The position numbers and the translations under genes were made by a program. DNA of 64,000 nucleotides from Chrysomallon squamiferum. Lineage: Eukaryota; Animalia; Mollusca. This document shows positions 61,386 through 64,000 of the stretch, piece by piece (the first letter of the stretch is position 1; every line of letters starts with the position of its first letter). The DNA is taken from contig CM022672.1 in NCBI GenBank assembly GCA_012295275.1, positions 25,668,001-25,732,000 on the forward strand. Reading direction: 5' to 3'. A model generated the notes under the pieces. The model was not told the origin of the DNA, searched no databases, and saw only the letters and a program-made list of their open reading frames with translations.

Positions 61386-63598
61386 GTACTGCAATGTTAA
61401 GTATCTGGTCACTCACTGATTGTGTGGAGTGGCAAAGGCTCACGGACACGCTGTATCGCAATATCGGTGTATATGTCATCGACCTGTAACTATCAGTTCG
61501 TTCAGGTTCATGATTAGCATAATATTAGCACAATATTAGCAGAATGATTCCACTGTAGAGATTAAAATAATCATATTTCCTCGCGTTCATTTTGCTATTG
61601 ATTTTACAACCCACTCTCAGTTTTGAACGATTTTTGTTTTATATTTATCTTCCCGCCACCGTAACAAACCCCTCTGATCATAACAATATATATTCTTATA
61701 TATACGCCATCCTGGAGTTACTGTAAGATAGCTTTAATGTTTGATATAAATACTGTGTTAATTCTGCTTCGAAGCTCATAGTAATATGGTCTTATAAAAG
61801 CAATGCATGAAATAAAAGAATAATGTGTGTGTTTGTGTGTGTCTGTGTGTATGAGTGTGTGAACGCGATGTTTTCTGACATGGAACCGGAAGCCATTATT
61901 ATTATAATTGGAATTCAGAGAATTAATTTCTAAATTTAAAACATCCAAAGAGTCATATTGTAAACATGAAAGGCACTTTCCACATTAAATTTAATTTTTT
62001 TTTAGCTATTTTTTTATTTTTTAGTTACGACTATAATTATTTCCAAGTTACATACTGTTTCAAAACATCTGAACAATGGTGTCAACTGGAGTGGTAACGT
62101 CATCGCGTAGTTGGTGGAATGACAGTCGCTATTTTCTGACAAGAAAAGAAACTTTAAAGGAAGTAGATCCGCCCAACACGTGAAGACGTCACCCCAGATC
62201 ATGTCCCAGTTTTTTGTTTTAAACTGTATTTTTGTATTGATATACATTATTACTTGACAATGGACTGTAGAAAGTAATAAACTTGGAAGAGACAGAATAT
62301 TAGATTATTCTTATATTCACAAGTACCTTTAATTTGTAGTATTTTCTTATCAGCAGACGATATTTTTGTATTCGTAGCTATATAGTTTTCTTTTTAATTT
62401 ACAATAATTGTTTTATTTACTATTTTAGTAAGAAAAAAAAAGTTCGGATTGATGATCATGAAATCCAGTTTCATTTTGTCTACCAAAAATAATTCGCAAA
62501 CTTTTCATCTGCTGATTCATTTATGTAATAAATTCCAAATACATAATATTGGTCATGCAAAATTGTGTTTACTTGCATGATCGTGCGTAGTAATAACAAT
62601 TTAAGATTTGTGGTTAGTATGCATCTTTGGTCTTCAATTATCCAATTACACTTAATTAACTGAAATAAACAAACGAGAAAGACATTTTCTTTTTCAGATT
62701 TTCTTTTATTTATAGACATAAATAAAGATGTGAATGTACAACTGGCGAAATCTACACTACTATTTACAAAACATAAATACGTACATATGTACCAATAACA
62801 AAACTTATGACTAACAACATCACTGCAATAACGGACTTGCAGCTAATTTCAGTGTTTGTGTATGCAGCCTAAGAAATACAGAGAACAGCTAATTGTGTTT
62901 GTGTAAAATATTCTCTGATGCATGAAATGTTTATTATATTTTATCTAAAATACAAAACTGGCAAAAATACAACAAAGAAAAAATATGGAAAAAGGAAAGA
63001 GAAACAGGGAAAAAAATATGTTCAAAAAAGAAGAAAAGCGAGTTTGATAGAAAAGATTTTGTGAAAATATTTATGTACACGTATTTACAAAATAAGGGAG
63101 ACGACTAGTCATGGAGTGAACCGACTACACAAAAGAACTGTTGTCAGAACAAACACATTTGTTTTGCATTAATATCTCCCTCAGCACTAATAACAACAAA
63201 TCCACTGTTTTCAGTAGCTAAATTGAAAAACGTGGTTTTGATTGAGCTCAAGTAATTCTTAACAAAAAAATAACAAAGCCCTGAAATATGAAATATGAAA
63301 TGTGAAATTTCATACTCACAAAAAAAAAATTAATAAATAAGAAATAAAAACTAAAAATTGAGAAAAACTAAAATGCAAATAGCAAAAGTTTCATTTAAAC
63401 AAGTTTAGAAAAATCTAATTTTTTATCTTTCCACTCTTGTTTTCTAAATTATTTGATGTAAACTATTACACCACTTCTTTTTTTCCTTTTATCATGACCT
63501 CATAGCCATGTGTCCCAAGCCACAAAAATAATTAAAAAACATAAATTAAAAAAAAATAAAAGTTCAAAACGATACAATGATTGTCTAATAGATTATGA

Positions 63599-63798
63599 TT
63601 AGATGATGACACCACAAGATGAAATTTCACTAGAACTGTAGTACTCCAGATTTCCTCTTAGAGATCTCACTCGCTGTTCCAACAAACTTTTCCAAGTGCA
63701 TTTCTCCTCCGAACTAGGAGCACGGTATGTAATGCGTCGCTGGACAGGGATACCAGTACATGGACTCTTTGGACATGTGTGCAGAACAAATTCTGTAG
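63599..63798 (-). CDS. Probable terminal coding exon of an unidentified gene extending beyond the window
   Basis: GC-richer island after acceptor ttttttcttgatag|; longest frame ends ...SSCGVII*; frame and family not established. Confidence 0.55.
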
Positions 63799-64000
63799 CT
63801 ATCAAGAAAAAAACAAATGTTAATTAATAAACAGGTTATTCAGGATTTACATGCACATATGTTCTGAGAGAATAAATAATAAATATCTATTATTTAAAAA
63901 AAAAAAAATTTTGGGTGTAAAAAAAACCATTCATACATCATTTGATCATTTTAAAAATAATTACATTTGTGGTCAAATTCCATGGCTTTTGAATATGAAA

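Overview
Very AT-rich, microsatellite-rich eukaryotic (animal) genomic DNA; a mollusc or other lophotrochozoan is my inference from gene content and composition. About 49 kb on the minus strand is one centriolin (CNTRL/CEP110) gene, which I reconstructed by hand as 50 coding exons with GT-AG sites and matching phases (about 2,690 aa: N-terminal LRRs, long coiled coil, large Pro-rich insert, CNVPEHH motif, RS-rich tail). It sits head-to-head with an HDHD3 gene whose CDS has no introns (+ strand). Next come a 5-exon secreted two-WAP-domain gene (- strand) and the probable last exon of an unidentified gene. Most notable: (i) the 119-nt CNVPEHH exon has two independent long-range complementary elements in the pre-mRNA, one bracketing the exon and one covering its 5' splice site, and it also carries an internal GCCATGG start overlapping an X-box-like motif; (ii) a Tc1/mariner-derived MITE inserted into a CNTRL splice donor, whose inverted repeat now supplies donor bases; (iii) a 1-nt frameshift in an otherwise conserved CNTRL exon, probably an assembly homopolymer error; (iv) candidate cassette and poison exons and an in-frame spliced uORF. 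No database searches were run; comparisons to human proteins are from memory.
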